A DNA stretch of 64,000 bases from Candidatus Poribacteria bacterium (lineage in GTDB: Bacteria; Poribacteria; WGA-4E; WGA-3G): contig OZ240248.1 in assembly GCA_965198235.1 (NCBI GenBank), forward strand, positions 4,160,001 to 4,224,000. Reading direction: 5' to 3'. The position numbers and the translations under genes were made by a program. How positions within the stretch are numbered: the stretch's first letter is position 1; every line of letters begins with the position of its first letter. The notes beneath the pieces are model-generated. The model did no database searches. It saw nothing but the letters and a program-made list of their open reading frames with translations, and was not told the DNA's origin. Positions 10,527 to 20,543 of the stretch are shown in pieces.

Positions 10527-10895
10527 TTGGTAATTACAAAAAAGAAACGGATGAGCCATTTACGGCGCCGCAAGCGAGTCCGCCAAAAAATTAGCGGCAC
10601 CGGGGACAGACCAAGACTCTCTGTTTTTCGAAGCACAAAACATATCTATGCGCAGCTCATTAATGATGAACTTGGCGTAACGGTTGCCGAAGCCTCTACT
10701 TTATCTCCCGAACTGAGAGAGAACCTCTCAAACGGTGGAAACGTTAAGGCAGCGGAGAGCGTTGGCGCGCTTATCGCGCAAAAAGCCAAGCAGCAGGAAA
10801 TTGAGGTAGTTGTCTTTGACCGGGGCGGGCATCTCTACCACGGGCGCATAAAAGCCCTTGCTGAAACTGCGAGGGTGGAAGGATTAAAGTTCTAA
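10527..10895 (+). CDS. rplR: 50S ribosomal protein L18
   Basis: [15 protein letters not shown]...VVFDRGG.LYHGR. Confidence 0.99.
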   Translation: MVITKKKRMSHLRRRKRVRQKISGTGDRPRLSVFRSTKHIYAQLINDELGVTVAEASTLSPELRENLSNGGNVKAAESVGALIAQKAKQQEIEVVVFDRGGHLYHGRIKALAETARVEGLKF

Positions 10896-10896
10896 T

Positions 10897-11048
10897 CTTT
10901 TTAACTATTAAGTTTCTGCTCTGCCCTCCATTACATTTCGGGCAGGTTTTCAGTGTATCCTGTAGTCCTTTTTAAAGATGAACAGGAATTTCACCAGAAA
11001 CCCTCGCGAAACGAAGTGGAGCGAGGCCCAGGAGGCCATAGCCTAAAA
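10897..11048. mobile_element. MITE-like repeat (family A)
   Basis: TTTTTAACTAT...ATAGCCTAAAA ends; CTCCATTACATTTCG and CGAAACGAAGTGGAG internal inverted motifs. Confidence 0.65.
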
Positions 11049-11049
11049 C

Positions 11050-11562
11050 ATGCTGAAAGATAAAATCAACCCTGATGAATATGAATTTGAGGAACGCATG
11101 ATTACCATCAATCGCGTGATGCGAGTTGGTAAGGGGCGACGAACCCCCAGTTTTAACTCACTCACCGTTGTTGGAAATCGTGATGGTATTGTTGGTATCG
11201 GATTTGGTAGCGCAAGCGAAGTCGCTGGCGCGCTCCGAAAAAGTTTCGCAGATGCTCGAAAAAATCTTATTCGGGTTCCAATCACCAACGGTACGCTCCC
11301 ACATGAAATCATCAGCGAATTCAAATCTGCCAAAGTCTTGCTAAAACCGGCAAGCCCCGGGACAGGTATTATCGCAGGACATGCGACGCGTGCTATCCTT
11401 GAATTCGCAGGCGTTCGAGATGCCCTAACAAAATGCCTTTCCTCTCGAAATGTGAAAAATATCGCTGAAGCTACCATGCTTGGATTGAAGAACCTCAAAG
11501 ATATTAATGAAGTCGCTCGGTTACGAGACATACCTGTCGAAGAACTGCTCAAGAGACGCTAA
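11050..11562 (+). CDS. rpsE: 30S ribosomal protein S5
   Basis: VVGN..G.VGIG.G, LKPASPGTGIIAG. Confidence 0.98.
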   Translation: MLKDKINPDEYEFEERMITINRVMRVGKGRRTPSFNSLTVVGNRDGIVGIGFGSASEVAGALRKSFADARKNLIRVPITNGTLPHEIISEFKSAKVLLKPASPGTGIIAGHATRAILEFAGVRDALTKCLSSRNVKNIAEATMLGLKNLKDINEVARLRDIPVEELLKRR

Positions 11563-11576
11563 TACAACTTTTCAAA

Positions 11577-11752
11577 TTTTTTAATTATTAAGCACCTGGG
11601 CATCGTTCCAAATGTAAAGCAAAGACAAATTATGCCATTTAAGGCATAATTTCGTTTCACGAGGGTGTCTGGTGAATTTCAACGGAGTCTGAACCCCGTA
11701 GGGGTGAAATATCTGTAGAGGAACGGTGCCCAAGATTCAATTATTTAAAAAA
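11577..11752. mobile_element. MITE-like repeat (family A) at the usual rpmD position
   Basis: TTTTTTAATTATTAAGCACCTGGGCATCGTTCC...GGAACGGTGCCCAAG...TTATTTAAAAAA; 5' part matches 62847 copy. Confidence 0.8.
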
Positions 11753-11770
11753 GGAATGGAGTAAATCCTG

Positions 11771-12247
11771 ATGAAACTGAACGAACTTAAACCCGCACCG
11801 GGCGCAAATCGCTCAAGAAAGCGGGTAGGCAGAGGCGACGCTTCAGGTTGGGGCGGCACTTGTGGACGTGGCCACAAGGGTCAAAAATCCCGATCTGGTG
11901 CTTCAATCCCCGCATGGTTTGAAGGTGGACAGATGCCGCTGGTTCGACGGCTCCCCAAGCGAGGACCGCGGCGAACCGGACACAAACGACTTGAGTACGA
12001 CATCATCAACGTAGAAACCCTCAACATTTTTGAAGATGCCGCGGTTGTCAGCCCTGAAGCCCTTCGCGAAGCCGGAATAATCAAGCGGAAAAACGCCCTG
12101 ATAAAGATACTCGGCGACGGTGAACTCGAAAAACAGTTGAAAGTCCAAGCACATCGCTTCTCAAAATCTGCAATCCAGAAAATTGAATCCAAAGGCGGCA
12201 CAACCGAGGTACTCGGGATGCATGCGAACACTAACGACCCTGCTTAA
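11771..12247 (+). CDS. rplO: 50S ribosomal protein L15
   Basis: RVGRG...GRGHKGQKSR...FEGGQMPL.RRLPK. Confidence 0.99.
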   Translation: MKLNELKPAPGANRSRKRVGRGDASGWGGTCGRGHKGQKSRSGASIPAWFEGGQMPLVRRLPKRGPRRTGHKRLEYDIINVETLNIFEDAAVVSPEALREAGIIKRKNALIKILGDGELEKQLKVQAHRFSKSAIQKIESKGGTTEVLGMHANTNDPA

Positions 12248-12276
12248 GCATCCGCAGGCGAGGAGGAAAAAAATAA

Positions 12277-13608
12277 GTGATTAAGGCAGTTCAAAACGCT
12301 TTTAAAATACCCGAATTGCGGAAACGCATCATTTTTACAGCGTTGCTCTTGATTGTTTACCGCCTCGGTGCCCACATCACACTTCCGGGTATTGACGACC
12401 AAGCACTCGAAGCTTTTTTTCAGCAACTCATGGAGCGTGGTGGGAATGTCATTGGATTCATTGACCTGTTTTCTGGTGGCGCATTTAGTCAGATGACTAT
12501 TTTCGCACTCGGCATACAACCGTATATCAGTGCCTCAATCATTATGCAGCTCCTCGCCGTCATTGTGCCTTCATTGGAGAAACTCTCCAAAGAACCTGAC
12601 GGTCGGAAGAAAATTACACAGTATACCCGATACGGAACGGTTGTACTCAGTATCATTCAGGGTATAACGATTAGCATCGTCCTGCGGAACCCGGAAAACA
12701 TAACCGGACAAGCAGACGAAATCGTGAGAAACCCTGACCTCTGGTGGCATTTCCTTGTAGTGATAACACTCACTGCCGGAACCTCCTTTGTTATGTGGTT
12801 GGGTGAACAGATCACAGAGCGCGGTATTGGACAAGGTATTTCATTAATTATTACAGTCGGCATTATTGCTGGATTGCCTGGCGGTGTCACAACCGTTTTC
12901 AACAACCTCGTGACAAGACCGGAGTTCGGAATCCTACAACTCGCACTTTTAGTCGCGCTTGTCGTTGTAGCCGTTATGGGGACTGTGTTTATCACACTTT
13001 CTGTTCGGAGGATTCCGGTGCAATACGGCAGGCAGATTCGCGGACGAAGAGTGATTGGCGGGCAATCAACACATCTGCCGCTCCGCGTTAACGCAGCCGG
13101 CATGATTCCAATCATCTTCGCTGTGACACTGATCCAGTTCCCACCGACTGTCCTCGGTTTTCTACCACGGGACTGGGGATGGGTAACTGGTGTAGAAACA
13201 CTCATTGCTCCGGGGACACCGTTGTACCTCACCGTTTACGCGTTATTAATTATTGGTTTCACCTATTTCTACACAGCTGTGCAAATCAATCCAATACAAA
13301 TGGCAGAGGACTTACAGAAATACGGCGGTTTTATTCCCGGTATACGAGCAGGTAAACAGACCGCGGATTACATCAACACTACGCTTACACGCATCACACT
13401 CCCAGGCGCAGTTTTTCTCGCTGCTATTGCTGTGATTCCGATCATTATCACAAGCCAGCTTCAAGTTGGAAACATGGTGGAAGGTGCTTCTATTTTGATC
13501 GTTGTAGGTGTCGTGTTAGATACAGTGTCACAAATCGAATCCTATCTAACGGTCCGCCATTACGAAGGATTCTTAAAAGATCGAAAACTCAGAGGCAGAC
13601 GGCGTTAA
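12277..13608 (+). CDS. secY: Preprotein translocase subunit SecY
   Basis: [41 protein letters not shown]. Confidence 0.99.
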   Translation: MIKAVQNAFKIPELRKRIIFTALLLIVYRLGAHITLPGIDDQALEAFFQQLMERGGNVIGFIDLFSGGAFSQMTIFALGIQPYISASIIMQLLAVIVPSLEKLSKEPDGRKKITQYTRYGTVVLSIIQGITISIVLRNPENITGQADEIVRNPDLWWHFLVVITLTAGTSFVMWLGEQITERGIGQGISLIITVGIIAGLPGGVTTVFNNLVTRPEFGILQLALLVALVVVAVMGTVFITLSVRRIPVQYGRQIRGRRVIGGQSTHLPLRVNAAGMIPIIFAVTLIQFPPTVLGFLPRDWGWVTGVETLIAPGTPLYLTVYALLIIGFTYFYTAVQINPIQMAEDLQKYGGFIPGIRAGKQTADYINTTLTRITLPGAVFLAAIAVIPIIITSQLQVGNMVEGASILIVVGVVLDTVSQIESYLTVRHYEGFLKDRKLRGRRR

Positions 13609-13633
13609 ACGCTTTCACCTGAAAGAGGATACT

Positions 13634-13750
13634 ATGAAAGTCAGACCTTCTGTTAAAAAGATGTGTAACCAGTGTAAAATTATTAAACGAAAAGGGATAG
13701 TCCGCGTCATTTGTTCTTCAAACCCGAAGCACAAACAACGCCAAGGCTAA
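13634..13750 (+). CDS. rpmJ: 50S ribosomal protein L36 (below the ORF-track length cutoff)
   Basis: Manual translation [38 protein letters not shown]. Confidence 0.98.
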   Translation: MKVRPSVKKMCNQCKIIKRKGIVRVICSSNPKHKQRQG

Positions 13751-13755
13751 TCCAC

Positions 13756-13951
13756 TTTTTAAACTATAGGAATCTGTTAACCATCAACTCGTGCTTTAAC
13801 ATCTATAATGGAGTCGAGTTGATGGTTAAACTGCTCCACTACGTTTCGCAGGGGTTCTCGGTGAATTCCAACCCACTTCAGGTGCTCAAAGGTTTCTGAG
13901 TTCACCAGAAGCCATTGTGGAACGATGTCCAGGATCCTATAGTAAAAAAAA
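13756..13951. mobile_element. MITE-like composite repeat (family A) with palindrome B and no CCCAAGC insert
   Basis: ACTATAGGA...TCCTATAGT terminal inverted repeat; matches the 1543 copy. Confidence 0.8.
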
Positions 13952-13963
13952 AGGAGGAAACCC

Positions 13964-14356
13964 ATGGCAAGGATCGCAGGGGTTGATTTACCCCGAAACA
14001 AACGGGTGGATATTGCCTTGACGGCAATTTATGGCGTTGGGCGTTACACCGCAGCGCAAATTGTCACCGATCTGGATCTCGATCCCGAGAAAAAAGTTGA
14101 CAGCCTCGCCGAAAACGAGATCGGTCAACTCCGAGACAAAGTTCAAGAGTATAAAATTGAAGGTGATTTGCGCCGTGAAGTCGATCAGAATATTAAACGG
14201 CTGATGGACATCAACAGTTATCGTGGTCTGCGACATCGTCGGCAGTTACCCGTCCGCGGGCAGCGCACGAATACTAACGCACGCACCCGTAAAGGGAAGG
14301 CACGAACCATCTCTGTCGGTAGAAAAGCCAAAGAGGCAGCACGCAAGAGCGGCTAA
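13964..14356 (+). CDS. rpsM: 30S ribosomal protein S13
   Basis: [10 protein letters not shown]...[17 protein letters not shown]. Confidence 0.99.
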   Translation: MARIAGVDLPRNKRVDIALTAIYGVGRYTAAQIVTDLDLDPEKKVDSLAENEIGQLRDKVQEYKIEGDLRREVDQNIKRLMDINSYRGLRHRRQLPVRGQRTNTNARTRKGKARTISVGRKAKEAARKSG

Positions 14357-14364
14357 TGAGAAAT

Positions 14365-14443
14365 GGTTTTGATCATCAACTCGTGCCTAAAATAGAATGT
14401 TAAAGCACGAGTTGATGGTTAAAACCGATAGCCGACTGCCGAA
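14365..14443. repeat. Palindromic repeat family B plus heptamer tail
   Basis: CATCAACTCGTGC...GCACGAGTTGATG. Confidence 0.75.
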
Positions 14444-14467
14444 GACTCATAAGAAAGGAGAACCGTT

Positions 14468-14839
14468 TTGCGTGGAAGAAGACGAGAACGCAAGAACGTT
14501 CCCGAAGGTATCGCACATATACAAGCTACCTTCAACAACACAATCATTACAATCACAGACTTAAACGGGAACACTGTTGCTTGGGCGAACGCAGGGATGA
14601 CTTTCACAGGTTCACGAAAGTCAACGCCTTTTGCCGCACAACAGACAGCGGAAGCATGCGCCCGCAGAGCAATGGATCACGGCATGAAACGCGTGGAGGT
14701 TAGAGTCAAAGGACCCGGATCCGGGAGAGAGTCTTCTATACGAGCACTCGCTGCAGCCGGACTCGACATTACCTTAATGAAGGACGTGACTCCTATCCCA
14801 CACAATGGATGTCGTCCCCCTAAGAGACGACGGGTTTAA
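14468..14839 (+). CDS. rpsK: 30S ribosomal protein S11
   Basis: [33 protein letters not shown]. Confidence 0.99.
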   Translation: MRGRRRERKNVPEGIAHIQATFNNTIITITDLNGNTVAWANAGMTFTGSRKSTPFAAQQTAEACARRAMDHGMKRVEVRVKGPGSGRESSIRALAAAGLDITLMKDVTPIPHNGCRPPKRRRV

Positions 14840-14840
14840 G

Positions 14841-14894
14841 TTGAGCCGCAACTCGACTCCGATACAAGACTTAAACGCACGAGTTGCGGGTCAA
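14841..14894. repeat. Palindromic repeat family B variant
   Basis: CCGCAACTCG...CGAGTTGCGG. Confidence 0.7.
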
Positions 14895-14915
14895 ATTCAC
14901 ATACAAGGAGAGGGA

Positions 14916-15551
14916 ATGAGTAGATACTTAGATTCAGTCTGTAAATTATGCCGACGGGAAGGTGAAAAACTCTTTCTGAAAGGGCGTCGATGCAACGGAC
15001 CTAAATGTTCTTTTGAACGCCGCAGTTACCCGCCTGGCGAACACGGTCAGACACCGCCACGCAGAAGTCGCGGGGACAATTTCCGACGACAGTTGCGCGC
15101 AAAACAGAAAGTCAAACGCACTTACGGTGTTTTTGAGAAACAATTCCGGAACTATTACTTCAAAGCAGCGCGCCAAACAGGTATCGCTGGCGAGAATTTA
15201 ATTAGCTTCCTTGAACGCAGGTTAGACAACGTCGTTTACCGACTCGGGTTCGCAACCTCCCGAAATCAGGCGCGTCAACTCGTGAAGCACAACCACTTCA
15301 CTGTCAACGGCAAGCGGGTTAATATCCCATCTTATATCGTGAAAGTTGGCGATGTCATTATACCTCGCGAACGGAGCCGGAACCTTGCGACTATTCAAGA
15401 GGCATTAGAATACTCACAGCATCGCGGCGCACCTGAATGGCTCGAAATTGATGCGGACAAAGCAGAAGGGCGTGTTCAAGGGACACCCGTGGTAGAGCAA
15501 ATCGCCATCGACCTTGAAACGCAACTTATCATTGAACTTTACTCCCGATAG
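14916..15551 (+). CDS. rpsD: 30S ribosomal protein S4
   Basis: CKLCRREG, LERRLDNVVYRLG, ARQLV.H, IIELYSR. Confidence 0.99.
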   Translation: MSRYLDSVCKLCRREGEKLFLKGRRCNGPKCSFERRSYPPGEHGQTPPRRSRGDNFRRQLRAKQKVKRTYGVFEKQFRNYYFKAARQTGIAGENLISFLERRLDNVVYRLGFATSRNQARQLVKHNHFTVNGKRVNIPSYIVKVGDVIIPRERSRNLATIQEALEYSQHRGAPEWLEIDADKAEGRVQGTPVVEQIAIDLETQLIIELYSR

Positions 15552-15794
15552 ACACATCCCCTATACCTGTGCGTTATCGAATACCGAGTGTTTCATTAAC
15601 ATGTATGCGACGCTATAGTACATCTACATAATAATTAAGAACAAATGGAAGCTTGCATCGTGCGAAGGAATCAGGGGATGGTAAAAAATACAATACAGGC
15701 ACAAAATTAAGAGTCCGTGCGCAACACAATAGCCCACTACCACTCAGTTTGTCCGTATTTTAACACTTAATTTAATTCTTATAGGAGGAAATTG

Positions 15795-16814
15795 ATGATA
15801 AGGTCCGAGCTAGAAATGCCCGAGCGGCTAAAAACTGATACAGATTCCTTACGCCCTGATTATGCAAAGTATACCGCTGAACCTTTTGAGCGCGGATTCG
15901 GAACAACCCTCGGCAATTCGCTACGCAGAGTCCTCCTTTCCTCAATTAAAGGCGCGGCGATTACAGCCATTCAGATTGAGCAAGTAAAGCATGAATACGC
16001 TACAATTCCCGGAGTCGTGGAAGATGTCGTACGGATCATTCTCAACCTCAAAGAGATCCGGCTAAGTATCGCAACCGACGACCCAATGCGACTCACATTG
16101 AAAGCGAAAGGATCTGGCGAAGTTACAGCCGCCGACATTCGTTCTAACGCATTCGTTGAGATTATAAACCCTGACCAGCATATCGCAACACTCGATGAAT
16201 GCGAAGGATTGGACATAGAAATTCACGTACAAACAGGTAGAGGATACTCACTCGCCGAAGAGCACAGAACCCAAGGACACGAGATCGGATTGATTCCCGT
16301 CGATGCGAAGTTCTCACCCGTTGAAAAAGTGAATTTCTGGGTAGAAGAAACCCGTGTCGGCGATATGACTAATTTCGATAAACTTAACCTCGAAGTCTGG
16401 ACGGATGCAACCATCACGGCAAAGGAAGCTGTCACACGCGCTGCCAACATTCTGCTACAACAACTCGAGATCTTCACAGAATTCGATGAAAGCTACGTTG
16501 AACCGGAACCTGAGATCGATGAGGCAAAACTCCGGCGCAATCGATACCTCGCCAAGCCCGTCTCTGAACTTGAACTCTCGGTCCGAGCCAGTAACTGCCT
16601 CGAAACGGCAAATATCAAAACTATACGAGAACTCGTCACAAAAGAGGAAAAGGATATGTTGGAATACAAGAATTTTGGGCGAACCTCGCTAAATGAAATC
16701 AAAGAGCAACTCGCCAACATGGGACTTGCCCTCGGAATGGAATTGGACGACTTAGACGACGCGGATATCGGCGAAGAAGATATGATGCAAGCACCTTTGC
16801 AACCCCCTATGTAA
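15795..16814 (+). CDS. rpoA: RNA polymerase subunit alpha
   Basis: EPFERGFGTTLGNSLRRVLLSS, LELSVRASNCL, NFGRTSLNEI. Confidence 0.99.
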   Translation: MIRSELEMPERLKTDTDSLRPDYAKYTAEPFERGFGTTLGNSLRRVLLSSIKGAAITAIQIEQVKHEYATIPGVVEDVVRIILNLKEIRLSIATDDPMRLTLKAKGSGEVTAADIRSNAFVEIINPDQHIATLDECEGLDIEIHVQTGRGYSLAEEHRTQGHEIGLIPVDAKFSPVEKVNFWVEETRVGDMTNFDKLNLEVWTDATITAKEAVTRAANILLQQLEIFTEFDESYVEPEPEIDEAKLRRNRYLAKPVSELELSVRASNCLETANIKTIRELVTKEEKDMLEYKNFGRTSLNEIKEQLANMGLALGMELDDLDDADIGEEDMMQAPLQPPM

Positions 16815-16847
16815 TTCTTCACGACAACGCGTAAATGGAGGAAGACG

Positions 16848-17252
16848 ATGCGTCACAGAAAACGCGGACGGAAATTGGGACGAACGACAAGCCATCGAAA
16901 AGCACTTTTCCGCAACCAAGCCACCGCGCTATTTGAACACGAACAAATTCGGACAACACTCCCAAAGTGTAAAGAACTTCGCCGTGTGGCTGAAAAGTTG
17001 ATTACGCTCGCTAAACGCGGTGACTTACCCTCACGCCGACAAGCCGCAAAAATGCTCTATGGGACCAATCTGCATTACACGCCCAGAAGAGGAGAAGAAG
17101 TGAGTGGCCTCAACAAACACGCCATCCTACGCAAACTGTTCGATGACCTCGGACCGCGGTATCAAGACCGGAGCGGGGGATATACACGTATTATACGAGG
17201 TGAACTCCGAAAAGGCGACGGGGCACAGATAGGCTACATTCAACTGGTTTAA
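16848..17252 (+). CDS. rplQ: 50S ribosomal protein L17
   Basis: [27 protein letters not shown]. Confidence 0.99.
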   Translation: MRHRKRGRKLGRTTSHRKALFRNQATALFEHEQIRTTLPKCKELRRVAEKLITLAKRGDLPSRRQAAKMLYGTNLHYTPRRGEEVSGLNKHAILRKLFDDLGPRYQDRSGGYTRIIRGELRKGDGAQIGYIQLV

Positions 17253-17253
17253 T

Positions 17254-17380
17254 GGCTGTCGGCTATCGGCTATCAGCAGTCGGTAAAGAGGTTCTCTTTC
17301 TCAGACTCTCCCACGCGCTTCAAAAGTTTTGTATCAGTAGGCGTGGGCGCGTCTGCGCTGAAAGCCGACTGCTGACAACC
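17254..17380. repeat. Heptamer-type inverted repeat cluster between convergent genes
   Basis: GGCTGTCGGCTATCGGCTATCAGCAGTCGG...CCGACTGCTGAC. Confidence 0.65.
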
Positions 17381-17382
17381 AA

Positions 17383-18663
17383 TTAAAACCGATACGCAGC
17401 GGATACAAACACTCGATGTGTAAGCCGTTCTGTGGTCAATTCATTTCTGCTCCGCTGCCAAGTTCCCAACATATACCCCACATCAAACTTTAGGGAATCT
17501 TCAAAGATCTTTCCGACACCTACTGTTAAGAAATCGCGTGCGTTGTTAACTTCAGTATCAGTGAACGGAATCGTATCCCGAAAATAACCGAAACGGACAT
17601 GTGTATCGATAGTAGGTATCCTATATTCCACACCAAGCCGTGCCTGAAGCGTTGTGGCATAGAACTCCTCAAAATTATCCTGCGAAATGTCATCTGCTGG
17701 AGCTGGATCGTAGCGGGTCTGCGTCCAATCCGTGAGTTGAACATCACCTGCCAAAATCAATTGCTTGTTCAACAATTTCACAGCAATTCCCGTTCCAATT
17801 TCAAAGGGTCTCTCAATATCAAACGCTTGCGCTCCGCTTACAGAATCCGACATCTCTTCTCCATCGTCATAAACTGCCCGAGTCGATTGATACCAACGTT
17901 CATCAACCCCCAATTCAACCGGGGCGACCAGGGTTAAACCGACGCTAACAGCATCCGTCAGGTGCGCCAGAAGCCCTATCCGAGCACCTAAACCCGAGTA
18001 CTCCCGACCGATTTCGTCATCGTATCTGAAACGCGACAACTCGCTATCCACCTTCAACAGATCAGTTGCTGTCGTATCCAACTCATTTAGACTTTTACCC
18101 TGCCAAAAGTCCAAGGAACCACCAATGAGAACGCGTTTTGAAACGTACACGCTCGTGCCGAAACTCCAAATCCCAATGCCACCACTGTTCACGTCAGTCT
18201 CGTCAACAGCCAGTCCACTGAATTCAGTGTCTGAACTCGGATCAATCCCCTGAATCGCAGTCTGATAGTCAAAGTTCTGTGGACGATTGTAGCCGAAAGC
18301 GATCGCCCAACCTCCCTGCCTCGCATGGAATGGATAAACAAACCCGATCGAATTCGGACGCATCTGCGAGCGGGTCGTCCCCGTGATCTCATCACCCGTG
18401 AAATACGCATCCGTACTCGCTGTGTTATGTGAAAAGCTACTAAACAGCTCAAACTTTTGGATCTGCGCCATCCCTGCCGGATTCCAATAAAGCGCGGTGA
18501 AATCATCAGCGAGTGCAAGTGAGGCACCCCCCATTCCCATCGTCCGAGCACCAACACCGAACATATTTCCGATCGCCATTTCTTCTACTTGCGCCATACT
18601 GACAGTCGTCCAGAACACTGCAGCAAATAGGAGAATAAAGATAGTATATATTGTTCGTTTCAT
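17383..18663 (-). CDS. FadL/OmpP1-like outer-membrane beta-barrel protein
   Basis: Signal peptide, GARTMGMGGA...ALYWNPAG, C-terminal YRF. Confidence 0.85.
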   Translation of the reverse strand: MKRTIYTIFILLFAAVFWTTVSMAQVEEMAIGNMFGVGARTMGMGGASLALADDFTALYWNPAGMAQIQKFELFSSFSHNTASTDAYFTGDEITGTTRSQMRPNSIGFVYPFHARQGGWAIAFGYNRPQNFDYQTAIQGIDPSSDTEFSGLAVDETDVNSGGIGIWSFGTSVYVSKRVLIGGSLDFWQGKSLNELDTTATDLLKVDSELSRFRYDDEIGREYSGLGARIGLLAHLTDAVSVGLTLVAPVELGVDERWYQSTRAVYDDGEEMSDSVSGAQAFDIERPFEIGTGIAVKLLNKQLILAGDVQLTDWTQTRYDPAPADDISQDNFEEFYATTLQARLGVEYRIPTIDTHVRFGYFRDTIPFTDTEVNNARDFLTVGVGKIFEDSLKFDVGYMLGTWQRSRNELTTERLTHRVFVSAAYRF

Positions 18664-18754
18664 CGTTCCGATCCCTCCATTCATTCTTTCTCATTGACGG
18701 TGTACTTTGCAAGCGCGTCCGTTCACAAAGATGCCGATTCCTCTATTACTAATT

Positions 18755-19339
18755 TTAGTTCCGATTTCTCGTCCGTCGCTGCGGCCGTTCCGATCTTGAC
18801 TTTGGTGAAGTCACACTCCGTGAACTCCGAGAACGTCGGTTTTCAGGTCGCCAGTCGCGTCTGTTGTAAGTCCGCCGTGAGAGGGGAACATACCGGCTCC
18901 TACCGTAATACCGCCGATAGACGTTCGTATACGGATAATATCCCCCGTAATAGCGGGAGTACGGCGCGTAACCGTAATATCCGTATCTGTAAAACCAAGG
19001 GTGTGAATAATACGGCATAACGGGCAGATAATAGCCATACGGATACGGTGCATAAGGTCCCCAATAGCTGCCGTAGTCCCTGCGTGGATAAACGTACGTG
19101 TCACGACGGGTATACTTCCGTCGTCCGTAATAGCCTTCCGACTCTTCAGCATCGGTATGCTCTGGCTCCAATTCCTCCGATTCTGCTGCAGAGTGCTCTT
19201 CCGTTTTCTCTTCCTCCAAAACCGTCCGGTATTTCCGATCGAAATCCGAAGACGCATAATAACCGAGTTGCGTATAACACCCGGCAAATGCCACCATTGC
19301 CAAAAGCAACGATAATACGAAAGTTACTTGCAACTTCAT
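18755..19339 (-). CDS. Tyr/Arg-rich lipoprotein
   Basis: Lipobox FAGC followed by YTQL; low-complexity Y/G/P region then R/S tail. Confidence 0.8.
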   Translation of the reverse strand: MKLQVTFVLSLLLAMVAFAGCYTQLGYYASSDFDRKYRTVLEEEKTEEHSAAESEELEPEHTDAEESEGYYGRRKYTRRDTYVYPRRDYGSYWGPYAPYPYGYYLPVMPYYSHPWFYRYGYYGYAPYSRYYGGYYPYTNVYRRYYGRSRYVPLSRRTYNRRDWRPENRRSRSSRSVTSPKSRSERPQRRTRNRN

Positions 19340-19601
19340 GTCTCTTTCTCCTTTAGATTTATCCGTCAGTCCCGACTATTATAACATATTATACGAGAGA
19401 CCCCTAAAAAAAGTTTACATCTGTTCTCGAAACGCGTGATAAAGCAGTGAAAGAAATCAAAAGATCCTTTCGGCACCCTCGATGCTCTTGACTGCGTAAC
19501 TTCTGTAGAGAAAAAAATTAGTCAGTAATTTCTCCAGCAGAGTCGCCCCCTACTTCCTCAGAAATTCATCTTCCTGTCTTCTTAACACCAACCCCTTTTT
19601 C

Positions 19602-19630
19602 TTGACCTCATCCTACCCTCGTGCTAAACT
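19602..19630 (+). promoter_or_regulatory. Sigma70-type promoter, probably leaderless transcript
   Basis: TTGACC-17-TAAACT with TG extension; ATG begins 7 nt after the -10 box. Confidence 0.55.
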
Positions 19631-19636
19631 GAAACC

Positions 19637-20542
19637 ATGAAGGTTTTCATTCAAATCGGACACGGCATCATCGGTGCTGCTGTTATTTCAGGTCTATGTA
19701 TATGGCAAGCAGGCAGTTTCGGTGAAGCGAGACACACGCTTAGCATCATCGGTGCGATCGCCATTGTCATTGCCAGTCTCTATCTTCTGCGAAGCCGCTG
19801 GATTCGGTGGGGCAATCGTCAAACATGGCTCAAATACCATCAACGGCTTGCCTCCTTAGGTTTGTGCTTGGTGCTACTGCACTCTGCATTCCAACCGCTC
19901 GCGTGGCACTCGTGGCTTACATTTCTGCTCGCCTTGTCGAACTTAGGCACCGGCATCGCCGTGAGCCTGACCTCTCGCGGAGCGCGACGCATTCTGCTCC
20001 GATGCCATCTCATCCTTGCACCAATCCTACTCGTCAGCATTGTATTCCATGGACAAAAAAAACTGGAGCATGACGAATTCTTCCCCCTCACGGAAGTTCA
20101 CGATGTGCCTTGCGCAAGATGCCATACACCCGATCGCCTTCTGTTCCATGTCGATTTAATCCTTCAGCAGGAATTGGACACATCAGAAACTGTTCCCGAC
20201 GATCTACACTGGTGGTTCTCCCAACACGAACTCAAAGTGCCGCCAACCGCTTCTGTCGCTATCCGAGAAACAGGAAACGCGTGGACAATTGCGGATAGCA
20301 AAAACAACCGCACCTATCACGCCCGGAAGGTAGCAGATAACATTGCCATCTACGCTGATTCCGATTATGGAAGTTACACCTGTCTCAAATGCCACGAACA
20401 CAATACAGAAGAAATTCGTTTAGCGCATGAGCTGCACGGTGTCGCTGATTTCCATAGATGTTTCGTCTGCCACCAGACCGAAATTGACGGCATAACTTAC
20501 GGGCGACAACGCGTCAATTGGGAATACGATCCGAACTGGTAG
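19637..20542 (+). CDS. Membrane protein with three c-type heme motifs
   Basis: About 5 TM helices with His residues; CARCH, CLKCH, CFVCH. Confidence 0.8.
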   Translation: MKVFIQIGHGIIGAAVISGLCIWQAGSFGEARHTLSIIGAIAIVIASLYLLRSRWIRWGNRQTWLKYHQRLASLGLCLVLLHSAFQPLAWHSWLTFLLALSNLGTGIAVSLTSRGARRILLRCHLILAPILLVSIVFHGQKKLEHDEFFPLTEVHDVPCARCHTPDRLLFHVDLILQQELDTSETVPDDLHWWFSQHELKVPPTASVAIRETGNAWTIADSKNNRTYHARKVADNIAIYADSDYGSYTCLKCHEHNTEEIRLAHELHGVADFHRCFVCHQTEIDGITYGRQRVNWEYDPNW

Positions 20543-20543
20543 G

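Noticed and set aside
15552-15790. Long rpsD-rpoA spacer as an ncRNA or riboswitch
   Set aside because: No recognisable family motif or strong structure by eye; an Rfam search would be needed
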